This document shows, piece by piece, positions 1 through 12,559 of a DNA stretch of 64,000 nucleotides. The translations under genes and the position numbers were made by a program. The DNA is from Octopus bimaculoides (lineage: Eukaryota): NCBI RefSeq assembly GCF_001194135.2, contig NC_068986.1:95674614-95738613 (forward strand). The letters are read 5' to 3'. A model generated the notes under the pieces. It ran no database searches, was not told the origin of the DNA, and worked only from the letters and a program-made list of their open reading frames with translations. Numbering within the stretch: the first letter of the stretch is position 1; the number at the start of each line of letters is the position of its first letter.

Positions 1-202
1 ACTGGAACTTATTTGGCGGAGTTGGAAAAAGTTATATTTTCTCCATTTTAAAAAGATTTTTTCGGAGTTTTATATTTTAAACATCGGAGATAAACATGAT
101 ATTGCAATACAAATGGCGATCATACGAAACTAATACTTTAGCATAGCATTTAAAATCACTGGGGTCAAATATCGGCGAGTTGTTTTTAAAATGTGTAGAA
201 AT

Positions 203-711
203 TATCTATACATTGCTTCATCCAGGTAGCACTATTTTATTTCGGAAATTGATTCAAATCTACGTTTGATGTCTTTTCATTTGTGCCCAATATTGTTCTA
301 AGTAATTAAGCTGTACACCGCCCTTAATGTAGCCAAGGTTAGCCAGGCGATCATAATTGAACCTGGCAAGAGATTATCTACAATGACATCTTCCAAGATA
401 CCACCAGTTTGTTCTGGTGCATGAAGGAAGCCTCTTTTAGTAGTTTTCTCAAAAAACGATTCTAACTTGATTTTCAACAATCTGTATTTCATTGCCAGGA
501 ATACCGATTTTAACGACATTCCTTTAAGGAAAGAATACCAGTTTTACTTTTTTAGGGAACAAATTTCCCAGCAATGCTCGTAACACTGAACAAGTTCCCT
601 TTTCAACTTGTGCAGCGCACATCAACTGGTACTCCACTTGCGACGTCATAAACAAGACTAAACATCACGTTCAATGGTAACTCAAGGTTCCATAAACGTT
701 TCCTTTCGTAT
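203..711 (-). mobile_element. Degenerate Merlin (IS1016/IS1595-like) DNA transposase remnant
   Basis: Frameshifted minus-strand fragments in Merlin order: IRKETFME, ELPLNVMFSLVY, KIGIPGNEIQIVEN (IGGPG.IV.IDES-like), GFLH..EQ...I.DNLLPGSIM, YDRLANLGY, GVQLNYLEQYWAQMKR, CYLDEAMYR. A 13-bp inverted repeat AAACATCGGAGAT at 79-91 / 1220-1232 brackets it. Confidence 0.65.
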
Positions 712-3700
712 AGAAATTTATATTTTTGCAAAATGAGGATATCTAAATAACACCAAGAGCCCGTTCAGCTCCTAATGACGCTACACTGACAGTCACATGT
801 ATTCCGACTCGCAATAAGGAATTTCTTTTAAAAACTCCATAACATCAGACTCAAAACAACAGTATAATTTACTAGTGGAGTCGTCATTTTGAGAATCATT
901 ATAAAAAAACAACTGTTTTGGTGTGCAAGATATTGCTTCATTCGAATCGAATTAATCGAAATCATATGGCGCCAAACGAAATATGCGCATGCGCAGATAG
1001 CTTACAAAGAATTGGACTGTCCCATCGAATTTATCTTGTGGAAATTGAAAACGAAAAAAAATAAAATTTCATTTACAAAATAAATAATTAAACAATTTAG
1101 AAATGTTTTGACAAAAAAATTTAAAACTACCCCCCCCCCAATCGCGTACAGACGAAACGAGAATGAGAATGTGTGCAAAGATTGAAATTTTGATATAAAA
1201 AAAAAAAAAAAAATCAATATCTCCGATGTTTTAAAACATATCCGAAGAATCTTCAGAAAACGCCGTGAAAAGGGTACTCCTTCCATAACATCACTTATTC
1301 AATTCCATAAAAAAATGAAAGACCCACAAAATTAATCCCTTTGAAATTTAAACTGAAATCTAAGAAAGACGAAACAAAATATCACAAAGCATTTAGTCCA
1401 ACACTGATTCTGACACTCCCTAACCCCACCATGGAATAACGAGTAATCTGTTAGGCCATGAAGGAATTTAGTGAGAAAATAAAATATGACGCTCATGCTT
1501 TTGTCAACGACTACTGCAGCGTAAGTGAAGCAAACTGAATCGAGAATCAAAACTAGATCCACATATTCGGCTGGCTGGAGGGGAGCTTACCTCTTTTGGT
1601 CTTCTTTTCGGTGCTCTCCGAAGTGAATAAATAATTAAAACTAGCTCCAGAGACAATTGATATAGACACAGCAAAATCAAAATATAATTTACCTTTTATA
1701 ACTCCTGAGATACTTCGCCAACTCTTGCTAGCAACGGAGTTAACATTTCCTCTACCATTTTCTTTACACGATAATGTATGCGATATCAAGAAATGGAAAC
1801 TTGCTTCATTCGACACACATCATAAAATGAGTAAGTGGAATTAAAAGAATGGTAACTCATGCTGCTAAAGACCATGCGAGCTACTAAGGCAGCATGATAT
1901 ACATAAGACAGTATTTTTTTTTAATCGTAAGTAATAAAGTAACAAAAAGCATATAAATGTAGTAATCCAAATTTCATTTTAATATACTAATATAGTTTGT
2001 TGTCCCTTACATAATATTAAAAAAAACAAACGGCTCTAAATTGGCCTTTATGACAGGTTTTTACCAATGTAACGGAAATGGCATGGGTGGGTTGGCAAGG
2101 AAACATACATACAAACATACACAAATAGTAATTGCTTCATACAGGTACTTGAAGGATTGGAGAATGGAAATAAATGGAGGTAACTGTGACGTTCATGACT
2201 TTCTGGAGGGCAATAGCGACCTAAGTGATGTAAAGTGAAGTGAATATCGCTAAGAGCGGAAATCGAACCCGGGCCGCGGATTCGACTCATGTCGCCGAGA
2301 GCGTCTTCCCTTTTATACTCTACAAACACTTAAATAAGCTTCTCACAAATGTGCATGAAACCCTCAGAGTTAGTAAAGGGAGATGTTGTGACGTTTTATG
2401 CCATTTCTAATGAAATAGTAAAAGATTAGTTTGTAAATAAATAATGTTGAGTATATTTAAAGAACTGTTCAAAAATGAATCTTGTTTTGGATGAACATTT
2501 TGGCAGGTGGAGTTACATTTTTCCCACGTTTTAGTATTCTTTTTTTTTCTTTTTGTTGTTTTGATAAACATCAAGAGTTTGATAAAATTCCAGAGTTTGT
2601 AGCTTTTTTTTCCTTAGGCAATATGTAAAATGAAATACCTAAATCATAATATGCACATTACTATTTAGGATCTTCAGATGGAGATTTCTTTATAAACTAT
2701 ATTTCTTTTCAAATATTTTTCCCCTCGTTGACAATGGGTTATTTAAAAAATTTTTTTTGTAATTAGTCCTTTAGTTTTTGAAGGTAAACCTGAAACAAGC
2801 ACATGGAGTTAAGTATAACACTAGAGTTACAATTTTCTTCAAGATGTAATTAGAGAAATTTTGTTTTAAATTTCAAGAAAAAGATTTTTATATCATTTAC
2901 CCATAAACGGTTCTTAGTTAAAGAAGCATTTTGATAATTCCAAATATGTAATTGAGCTCCATGCGTTTCAAATTTGATGTCAAAAACTTAAGGTCTGAAT
3001 CATTTCAGAAGTACGTTATAAATTAGGAAGAAAAAATACAATCGAGAGATAGGGGGTGCCTTTTGTCCCTCCCTTTTCCCTATCAAGACTACTTGAAAAA
3101 AAAAAAAAAAGAAAAAAAAAGTTAATAAATGTATATTTCATGTTATCCCAGGTGGAGGTATGAAAGGGAGAACACGCGGCATTCGGCAAGAGACATTGAA
3201 ACAAATGCTTTTTTTTTTATAGATAAGAGTGAAGCGATATGAATAATTTTTGTGATTCATGCCTTTTCCCATAGGTGTTTACTTAACGTCGACACCAAAA
3301 AGGAACATAAAGCTCCGAGAAAATTGAATCTGGGTCGAGAACTAAGCAACACAAGGAAATAAATTTTAAATGGGTAGTCCTTCATTTAAAACAACAAACC
3401 TAAACGCCATAACGAAAATCAAACTATAATCATTCTCGCAGTTGTTCAGGTTGTGTGTCAAAAACTTGGAAGATTACCTTAAATAAAAAGAACAGAGAAA
3501 CTATGTGAGAGGTTCCCAACAGCAGGAAATGTCTGCCATGGCACCGCAGAATCTGTTTTGTTCATCTTTCTCATATGGTAAATGACATTTGCACATAACA
3601 GGAACTGAACATTTATGATGTGTATTTCTTTAAGCTAGGTCAAAACGAGTTTAGATGGAAGTAGGGTCTGCATTAAAATATATGTAATATAGAAATGTTG

Positions 3701-3744
3701 ATATTCTAAAATGTAATGTAATATATATATATGTATAATGTATG

Positions 3745-3781
<37 letters not shown>

Positions 3782-3841
3782 CATTACATTTCAGAATACG
3801 CACACTTATTGCCAATCTAAGAAAAAAATGAGAAGAGTTGT

Positions 3842-4717
3842 TTAACGTCTATATCCACCCATACTACTACCACCACCACCTCTACCGTAACCCCTACCGT
3901 AAGGTCCACCAGTATTACGATGTGAGAAATTACCTTGTCTTTGGGCCCCACCGAAAGATCCGTTGCCGTAATTGGATCCGAAACTACTACCATAGCCATT
4001 ATTGTAACCATGGCCTCCGTAGCGCCCGTCACTGCCTTGGTAATAACCGCCGCCGTTGTTGTAGTTACCCTGGTTCGATCCCCAGTTGCTACTGTAGCCG
4101 CCTCCACCACCGCCGCCGCCGCGACCGCCTGAACGACCTCCGGCTCCTCCACGACCGCCCATTTCAGTCTTCGATACAGCTTTCTTAACTTCGATGCTTT
4201 TGTCCCCTAAAGGAAATCTTTTCCTAATTACACACTTGTCTACACAGTCGAAATCATCAAAGGTGACAAAGCAGAAACGCTTCTGCTTACCAGTTGCCTT
4301 GTCTTTAATCATTTCCACTTTTTCAATCCTGCCGTACGGGCAGAATAGTTCACGGATTTCTTCTTCGCTTGTCGTCTCTTCCAGGCCGCCGACGAACATT
4401 TTCTTTACCGACGCCTGAGTCTCCTCAGATCCATCGCGTGGCATGGCGCGCTTCGTGTCCAGAGTCTTCTTATCGAGCGTGTGTGGTCGCTGTGCCTGAG
4501 CCTTGTCTAGTTGTGCAGCCGACTGGTAAGTGACAAAGCCGAAGCCACGAGAACGATTGTTGGTCGGATTCTTCATCACCACGCAATCTACAACTTCACC
4601 CCAAGTTTCAAAGTACTGGCGAAGAGTATCTTCTGTAGTCTCATTATTGAGACCTCCGATGAACAGCTTGCGGAATTTTTCTGCGTTGGGGTCATCGTCG
4701 CAATAATTCCCCGTCAT
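3842..4717 (-). CDS. hnRNP A/B-family (A1/A2-like) RNA-binding protein, 291 aa, no intron in CDS
   Basis: Uninterrupted ORF from first ATG (MTGNY...): RRM1 (KLFIGGL / RGFGFVTY), RRM2 (KMFVGGL / KRFCFVTF), Gly/Tyr/Asn-rich RGG-containing tail. The track start at 4897 is a TTG. Confidence 0.93.
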   Translation of the reverse strand: MTGNYCDDDPNAEKFRKLFIGGLNNETTEDTLRQYFETWGEVVDCVVMKNPTNNRSRGFGFVTYQSAAQLDKAQAQRPHTLDKKTLDTKRAMPRDGSEETQASVKKMFVGGLEETTSEEEIRELFCPYGRIEKVEMIKDKATGKQKRFCFVTFDDFDCVDKCVIRKRFPLGDKSIEVKKAVSKTEMGGRGGAGGRSGGRGGGGGGGGYSSNWGSNQGNYNNGGGYYQGSDGRYGGHGYNNGYGSSFGSNYGNGSFGGAQRQGNFSHRNTGGPYGRGYGRGGGGSSMGGYRR

Positions 4718-5208
4718 TTTTAATTCGGTGTGTTGTAGTAGCTTTTTCTCCTCAACAATGGAATCCGACTGAAATTCAGGTTTGATGACGGAGTTTACAC
4801 AAATATATTTTTTCCTTTCTTCTTCAGTAATATTATATTCGCTGATAGCAGAAGAAATGAGAGAAGATAAAATTCCAAGGCGACTTTTTATAATCAAACT
4901 GTGGTATTCTTTCTTCCTGGCTTGCTTGCTTCCGCAGCAGATGAAGAAGAAAAGCTGGCCATGCGAAAGATACGATTTTTACTATAGATTCTGTTTGTGT
5001 TTTTTTCTTTGTTTTATTGGAAATTTTACTAAATTTCCGACGAATATAAAAAACACATTGTCGATATGTTTTTCTCGTTTACCATTCACCTCTAATTAAT
5101 TTTTTAATTACCTTCGACCTCAATCGACTACGAAAATAAAATTCTTGAATAAAACTTTATACGACAATTTAAATAACCGCTGAACCACATGGTATGCGAT
5201 AGAGCCAT

Positions 5209-5234
5209 CCAATTGGTTGGTAAACAGCCAATCA
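5209..5234. promoter_or_regulatory. CCAAT-box pair upstream of the hnRNP gene
   Basis: CCAATTGG (5209-5216, both orientations) and AGCCAATCA (5226-5234), about 500 bp upstream of the ATG. Motif match only. Confidence 0.45.
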
Positions 5235-5977
5235 CAAATCACATAACTGACCTACTTTTTCTTCTCTCCTCCAAAAACTTAAAATTTGTCTCAAGATGAA
5301 GGGTCTCCTTGTAAATTACACTATATATATATTCATATACACACACACACACACACACATAATAAATCTTTAAAAAATATAACCTCTTTCTATTTGCCCA
5401 GAGTTAACTAGCTAGAAAAGTGTTTCGTAATTTTTCTAAAATTCTTCTTTTAGACAAAGGTCTGTAAACGCGAAATATTCACGTAGAAATGTATTAATTT
5501 TGTTCTTTCTTTCTCTAATCAAATGATGAAGGAAAATAGACAAAGAAATAATTGCATTTATCACTAGAGATAATGCTTAAGTGTAGTATTATGTTTGTCT
5601 GAACATTATTTATTTTTCAAGGCCATATCTAGCCCGGATTAAGTTTCTTTTTATTACCCTGTGGTCATAGGAAAAAAAATACCATTACTATTGAGTCGAT
5701 CGATATTGGAAGGTGCTCCAGCAACGATCAATTTTGTAATTAAAAAATGTGCTTGCTTTTATTACAGTGTATGATTAGAGAGAGACGAGCTACTTTTTTT
5801 CTCGGACACCGTATCGTGAATACTGTACTAAATTTAAATAAATGCTGTTACTGATTTATATAATAACCATCGGGCAACGTGAATACTGTGCGAAAAATAC
5901 ATATTACTATTCGGTAATTTTTCCCCAATATCTAATGCATTGATTTTTTCTTTATTGAATGTGTGTATTCTGACTAA

Positions 5978-6200
5978 GGCGGTGAGCTGGCAGAATCGTT
6001 AGCGCATCAGACAGAATGTTTAGCAGCTCTTCTTCCGGCTCTTTACGATCTGTGTTCAAATATCGGCGAAGTCAACTTTACTTTCAATCCTTTCCAAATA
6101 GATAAAAATCAAGTATTAGTCAAGTACTGGGATTGATATAATCGACTAACCTCCTCCCGCTAAAAATTGCTGGCCTTGTGCCAAGATTTAAAGCGATTAT
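5978..6200 (+). mobile_element. tRNA-derived SINE (family ggcggtgagctggcagaa...gttcaaat...gactttgcctttcatcc...gataaa..aagtaccag)
   Basis: Same family recurs at about 14908-15125, 48375-48565, 28310-28540 and inverted at 35665-35860, 44380-44575, 60905-61080. Confidence 0.75.
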
Positions 6201-9200
6201 TAGATGATTCTCGGCACCAAGTACAAATCCTACCGAGGTCAAATTTTTCCTTCAGCTTTCCAAGATTTCTTTAAAAAACACACTAATCCAGGACAGTGGA
6301 ACAGTGGATTCGCAGAACTGTAAAAATGTCAGATTGATGCATTGTTATACTTGTTTTAGCTCTTGTGTTCTGAATCCCATATTGGTCTACTTGGATGGTA
6401 GACCACCTTGAGTGCCTATAGCAGAATCCACTCTTTCACCCCAGGTCCCTAGTTTGAAGATAGCTTCCTCCCTCCCTGTAAAGAGTCCTCAGCACTACCT
6501 TCACTTCTGGCGCATTGTTTTCCTACCCTGGTGACTATTACTGTGTCTTACCTTCTACAATCCTCTCAAAATATTTCACCTAATAATTCATCTTCACTGC
6601 AATGGCCCTCCTTAGAGAATAACCTCCTCAATTTTTAATATTTATCACAAATATTCAAGATGAACACCAACATTTTTTTAATATTTAGTCAAAGACAGAA
6701 GGGCAACACCAATGACCCTTTATTTTTCAGAGCCTCCAAGAGTTATTGAAAGAAGTGAGGAGATTATCCTCAAACTGGATACCTGACTCGAATGCTTGCA
6801 ACTGAGTGAACTCTGCTAAAGGTAACTAAGGCATTAAAAAGAATGATAGATTGAGTTTACCTCCCAAAATCTCAAAACACAAAAATCAGAACAAATACCA
6901 TAAGACATTAGTTCCACAAACTCCCACCTTGGACAAGTACATCAGCCTCAAAAGGATGGAAAGCAGAGATCTTACATCCAACCCTTTCTCTTATCTTATA
7001 AATGAAGCATATTTTCTTTATATTTGAGAAGAAATTTTCCTAAGTGGCCTACCATACAAAAATATGTAATATACTAACAGTAACAAGTAGGGCTGTATGG
7101 TTTCAGGTTCAACCCCACTGGGACAACTTGGGTATTTGTTTTCTACCATAGTTTTAGCTCAACCGAAGCTTTATGTGTGAGATTTGGGTTGAAGTAGAAG
7201 CTCATTGGAGGGACTGTTCATGTTCTTGGTTGGCAGATAATCCATCTGCCAGTTTAGCATTACCCACTTGGTTATCGGGTATCCTTAATGGAGAGCATTT
7301 TGTTGATATCTGAGGATAATTTCCTCTAACCAGTGAACATAGGCCCTGCAAAGAAGCATGGACATTACCCTTCCTCTTCTGACCAAGCCATTAAAAACAT
7401 TAAAAAAAAAAAAAAAATTTATCAATCAAAAAAATTGTCATTTGTCTGATGGATCAAGGCTAACCTGAAACAATATAAGAGATAATGCTTAAGTGTAGTA
7501 TTTACCTGAAACAATATAAGAAAAACAATCACTCATCATTTTGTCCTATTGCTGGCTGTTTACCACATGTGAAGTTTACTAACAAATTACAGCCTCTACC
7601 CCTGCAAGTCTCTATAGTGTATAATATTTAAATGTACTGAGAAAGTTGTATTCAACTAGTCAGTAAGTCATCCATCACTCTGATAAACAGTATGCCACAT
7701 TTCTTCATTCATCCCTCTGTAACTCACCCTGCATCAACCAACCAACTACATCTTTTTTCAGTGTAAATCAGCACATGAATTGTTAGAAGTAGTAGCCAAA
7801 TTCTTCTCCAACCAGACATCATCTTAAAAAAAAAGAGGAAGGACACAGTGGATAATATAGTCCTGAATACATTGTCTAAAAATATGATAGAATGGGCATA
7901 GTTGGAATGCATGGTCAAAGTGACATGGAACTAAACATCATCTTGTAATGGACTGTGCTGAGGCAGGTTTTAGTTGATACTATCGCAGTCAACCAATATT
8001 CAGTCCTCTTGATGATCATATGAATGACCTGCTACTTGGTCAGCTTGAGAGCACTGTGATGACAGCTAGAGACACTGTTGCTTGGTACCGAGATATTCAT
8101 TTTACCTTGACCCTTCACTATTTAAAAAGGTAGTATATGGCCCAAATATTCCACCTGCTTTATGTTCAAACTGGCCAGATCTGGCTTCTCACGCCAGCCC
8201 TACAATATCATTCTAAAAGTTAACACCTCATCAAAATCTCAAAGCTACAATATAATGCAATATTAATTCAAAACAATAAAGAAGTAAGCATTACTTTTGA
8301 CAGAATAATATAAAATGCTAAAAGGTTAAAATCTTAACCAACTGAAGTTAATAAGATCTTTCCAACTTAAATAAATCAGTTGACCAGGATGCTGAAGAGA
8401 ACTGACAATGTGATATTAAACTCTTTCTTTCTCTAATCAAATGATGAAGGAAAATAGAGTTTTGAAGGAATATTTACATCACAAAAACCACAGACAGAGG
8501 CATGTGATTAAGAAGTGTGTTTCACAACCACATGGTTTCCAGTTTGATCCCACAATGGGCAGGAGCCCTCTACCATGATCTCAAGTTGACCAACACTGAC
8601 AGCTAAATATTGAAAAAAAACCCAAAAAACAAACAAACTAAGGCTGTATAAAATAAAGTTGCCTTACCCAAACCCACAAAATGCAGGCATGGCTATATGG
8701 TTAAGAAGCTTGCTTTGCAGCCACATGGTTTCAGGTTCAGTCTCCCACTTCTGAATAAATAAGGTTTTCCTGCCAAAAATATCTTTCAGTTTAAAAACTT
8801 GCAAACACCGTTATGATCTTATATTATGTTTTGTTTTCTTTCTTATACTTATTCCTTTTTAGCATGAATAGCATCTCACTGCATAGAAATGTCATGGCAA
8901 CTTTTTTTCACCAAAGAAAAAGGAAAACAATGAAGTCTTGACTGCACTTTCTAGCATTTATCTTGTATCTTGTTCAGAGTTAACAGACGTATATTATTTG
9001 TGTATGATATGAAGATTTCTGTATAATATTTATAAATACAGAAATCTTCATATACACATTTGCATTGAACATGTCCTTTCTCTTGAACTAAAAAATAGCA
9101 GGATATTCATTCTTTTTCATATTCTCACAAGCACCTATTTTGTCTAGCCATCACATATATACAGTTTTCTTCTTTTCACAAATAGCAATAGGGACCAAGA

Positions 9201-11271
9201 CTATATTTATTCAAACTTTAGTTTGAATAAATTTAGTCTTGGCCACTAGTCTCAACCACTATTACTATTTGTTAAACTGAATTCATAAATTCATTCTTTT
9301 ATTATTATTTCTTTAACGTCCACTTTTCCATAGTAGCATGGGCCAGATGGAGTTTATCATCTTACATATATTCTCTGTTTGACTAGACTTATCGGTTTCA
9401 TTTATATCCTTCGGTGGTCAGCTGAAATTTTATTTCTCATCTCTCTTCAAATGGAGACCTTTAACTTTTGACCCTTAATCCTCAATTATCCTAAAAGTCC
9501 TACTACTCTTTCAACCATTATCTTATATAACCAATACAACAGTACCTAATTTCATTCACGATATTAACCTGGACACTTGATCTGATACTTATTCCTTCAG
9601 AAATCATAGGATACCAAATGCAAAGAGGATATTTGTATAAGGGGAGCGAACTCAGACAAACATATACACCACAGACCACTTTGGTTTAAATATATGGGAT
9701 TTTGTTTACCAAATATCAAGTAGAAGGTATTGGTCAACTTGAGATCATGGTAGAGGGCTCCTGCCCATTGTGGGATCAAACTGGAAACCATGTGGTTGTG
9801 AAACACACTTCTTAATTACATGCCTCTGTCTGTGGTTTTTGTGATGCAAATATTCCTTAAACCCTGAGGGACTTTAGAGACCAATCTTCAGCTCAACATT
9901 GTTTTCATAGTAATAAGTTGATAGGCTACCAGCCTATTTCAGGTGACAATTGCCAGGTGATTTGGTACATATTACTGACAGCTAAATATTGAAAAAAAAA
10001 AAAAAACAGAAACAAACAGGCTGTATAAAATAAAGTTGCCTTACCCAACCCACAAAATGCAGGTGTGGCTGTGTGGTTAAGACGTTGGGCGTCTTCTACT
10101 ATAACCCCAGGGCAACCAATACCTTGTCAGTAAATTTGGTAGACAGAACTGTGTGGAAGCCCATTGTGGTGTGTGTGTGTGCATGCATGTATGTATGTCT
10201 ATTTGTGTTTGTCTCCCACCTCCTCTTGACAATTGATGTTGGTTCGTGTACATCCCTGTAACTTAGCAGTTTGCCAAAAGAGAACAAGGGAATAAATACT
10301 AGACTTTAAAAAATAAGTACAAGGATTGATTTGTTTAGCTAAACCCTTTAAGGTGCCGCTCCAGTATAGCCACACACCAATGACTGAAACAAGTAACAGA
10401 TAAAAGATAAAAAATTATATTGTCTGAAGTCACAAGCGTAGCTAGAGTGTGTGCCACATGGGATGGCCCTTCTATTTGTCGCTCTAGATCCCACAAAAAA
10501 CACATGGCCTACAGCAGACCCAAAAGTGCCACCCATTTAAAAGTGCTGCCCAGAGTGGGGAGTAGTCCATCCCACACCAGCTCTGTTAATGTCTGAAGTA
10601 CATTTGAATTCTAAGTTAATGAGTAGATAGTTGGATGTCTTATTCATTTGGCCACCTTGTCTCTAATTATATTTATTCTTTAGTTTAAGACTGGTTCAAG
10701 AAATAGCAGCCACCTTAACACTTCATAAATGGACTGGATAGATTTTTTTGTGGCACCAGCACTAGTAGGATTTCCTTGTCTCTGGCAAGACTAAAGTGTC
10801 CCTCCTTCTATGTAATGTCTCTATCTATCATTTCTTTTCTTTCCACACAACTGGGTGTGTAAAAAGTAAAACATTTTCTATTATATGATTGGCCCAAATC
10901 TGTGATTGAACTAAAGAGTTTTTCCTCCATCAATGAAACCTAGAAATTCATGAAATAAAGTGGTGAAAAGTGACCTAAGGATATAGAGCTTCACAAAGAA
11001 GATGATAGGTAACCATGATGATTGGCAACACAAGATGCTGGAGAGGATCTGTTCATCCATGTAAATATAGTGAGACAAAGGGTGAATTGTGGTAGTAATG
11101 GAGGCTATAAATCCCATTTAAAACATTTCTGTATTACTGAGCTCATATCTCTCTGCACTCACCTTCTTTCTTATTAACTGCATCATGTCACCTGTGTAAA
11201 AATGGATGGCATTGGACTAAGAATTATGGTAGATATATATGCTTTATGATGCTTTGTATATATATATATAT

Positions 11272-11573
11272 NNNNNNNNNNNNNNNNNNNNNNNNNNNNN
11301 NNNNNNNNNNNNNNNNNNNNNNNNNNNNNNNNNNNNNNNNNNNNNNNNNNNNNNNNNNNNNNNNNNNNNNNNNNNNNNNNNNNNNNNNNNNNNNNNNNNN
11401 NNNNNNNNNNNNNNNNNNNNNNNNNNNNNNNNNNNNNNNNNNNNNNNNNNNNNNNNNNNNNNNNNNNNNNNNNNNNNNNNNNNNNNNNNNNNNNNNNNNN
11501 NNNNNNNNNNNNNNNNNNNNNNNNNNNNNNNNNNNNNNNNNNNNNNNNNNNNNNNNNNNNNNNNNNNNNNNNN
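11272..11573. other. Assembly gap (N run); others at 15652-15714, 20627-20846, 43267-43753, 45126-45242, 48605-48618, 53173-53527
   Basis: Runs of N, most flanked by (TA)n or (TC)n microsatellites. Confidence 0.99.
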
Positions 11574-11699
11574 ATATATATATATATATACAGATATGAC
11601 AGAAGTAAATAGACACCTTTATAATCATTAAGATTTATTTAAACCTGAAATTATGCATTCAAACAAATTATTAATTATTATAATTTATAATGTGAATAT

Positions 11700-12520
11700 C
11701 TAATATTTAGTAGACATGCCCTTTGCATTTTTCAATGCAAGGACCCTATTAGGCATGCTACTGATCAGATGATGAATATTCTCTTGAGGAATTTCTTGCC
11801 AAGTGTCATACAGTAATCTCAAAATATCTGGCTTTGTGGGTGCTTTCTTGTTCCTTTTACAAAGTGTCCTGTCTATTATGCCCCAGAGGTGTTCAATAGG
11901 GTCCATATCTGTTGACTGGCATGGTCATGAAAGTTTTTTTATGCCATTCTTTTCCAACCAATTTTGGGTCTTTTTAGCCGTGACAAGGAGCCCCATCTTC
12001 CGTAAATAAAGTTTTCTTTAATCATTTCATCACTGGAGAAGATTGGAAGGAGTCCTTTATGCAATATGTATACATATTTATCTGAGTTTATGTTTCCCTC
12101 ACACTCTACCAGCTCTGATCGACCATTGATCCAAATTGTTCCCCATACCATCACAGAATAGCCATCGTGTTTCATTGTTGGTTACAATCTTTTCATGTCA
12201 AATTCTTGATCGCAGAATCTCTAGACCCACACTCGACCACTGTCAGAAAATATAGCATATCTGGACTCATAAGAAAATATGACAATGTCCCAAAATGCTG
12301 GTGGCCTCTCCACCATCTCACTGGCCCAATCTTTTCCCCACTTGATATTGGCTGGTCAAAGAAGTGGCTTCCTTCTTGCTGCTCTGCCATTGTAGCCAAG
12401 TTTGTGAAGATACTTGACAGTTGTTCTGGGACTGACATTAACTTGTTCTGCTATGTCAGAGGCCTTACAATGAGGATTATCCTCCACACTTCACTTAACA
12501 AAGTGAAGGGTCCTGTCAGA
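11700..12520 (-). mobile_element. Degenerate Tc1-type transposase remnant
   Basis: Fragments [72 protein letters not shown]. Frameshifted; TIRs not seen (abuts an N-gap). Confidence 0.8.
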
Positions 12521-12559
12521 GGACCCTGGTCAACCTAGGTGAGATGATGTGTACTCCTT

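Noticed and set aside
2240-2300. tRNA gene (GGTTCGATTTCC on minus)
   Set aside because: No acceptor stem or cloverleaf could be built.
3817-4723. Antisense and alternate-frame ORFs over the hnRNP CDS, likewise over NAA20
   Set aside because: Shadows of codon bias in real CDS; no independent motifs.
4718-4897. 351-aa hnRNP with the start at 4897
   Set aside because: That codon is TTG; the first ATG is 4717 and family similarity starts there. Kept only as a leader-region hypothesis.
8000-8130. Possible plus-strand exon (PLDDHMNDLLLGQLES...)
   Set aside because: No recognisable family or partner exons; may be old repeat-derived sequence.
11224-11631. Long track ORFs containing X, also near 15.3-15.8, 20.6-20.9, 43.0-44.0, 45.0-45.3 and 53.0-53.6 kb
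   Set aside because: Artifacts of translating N-gaps and flanking microsatellites.
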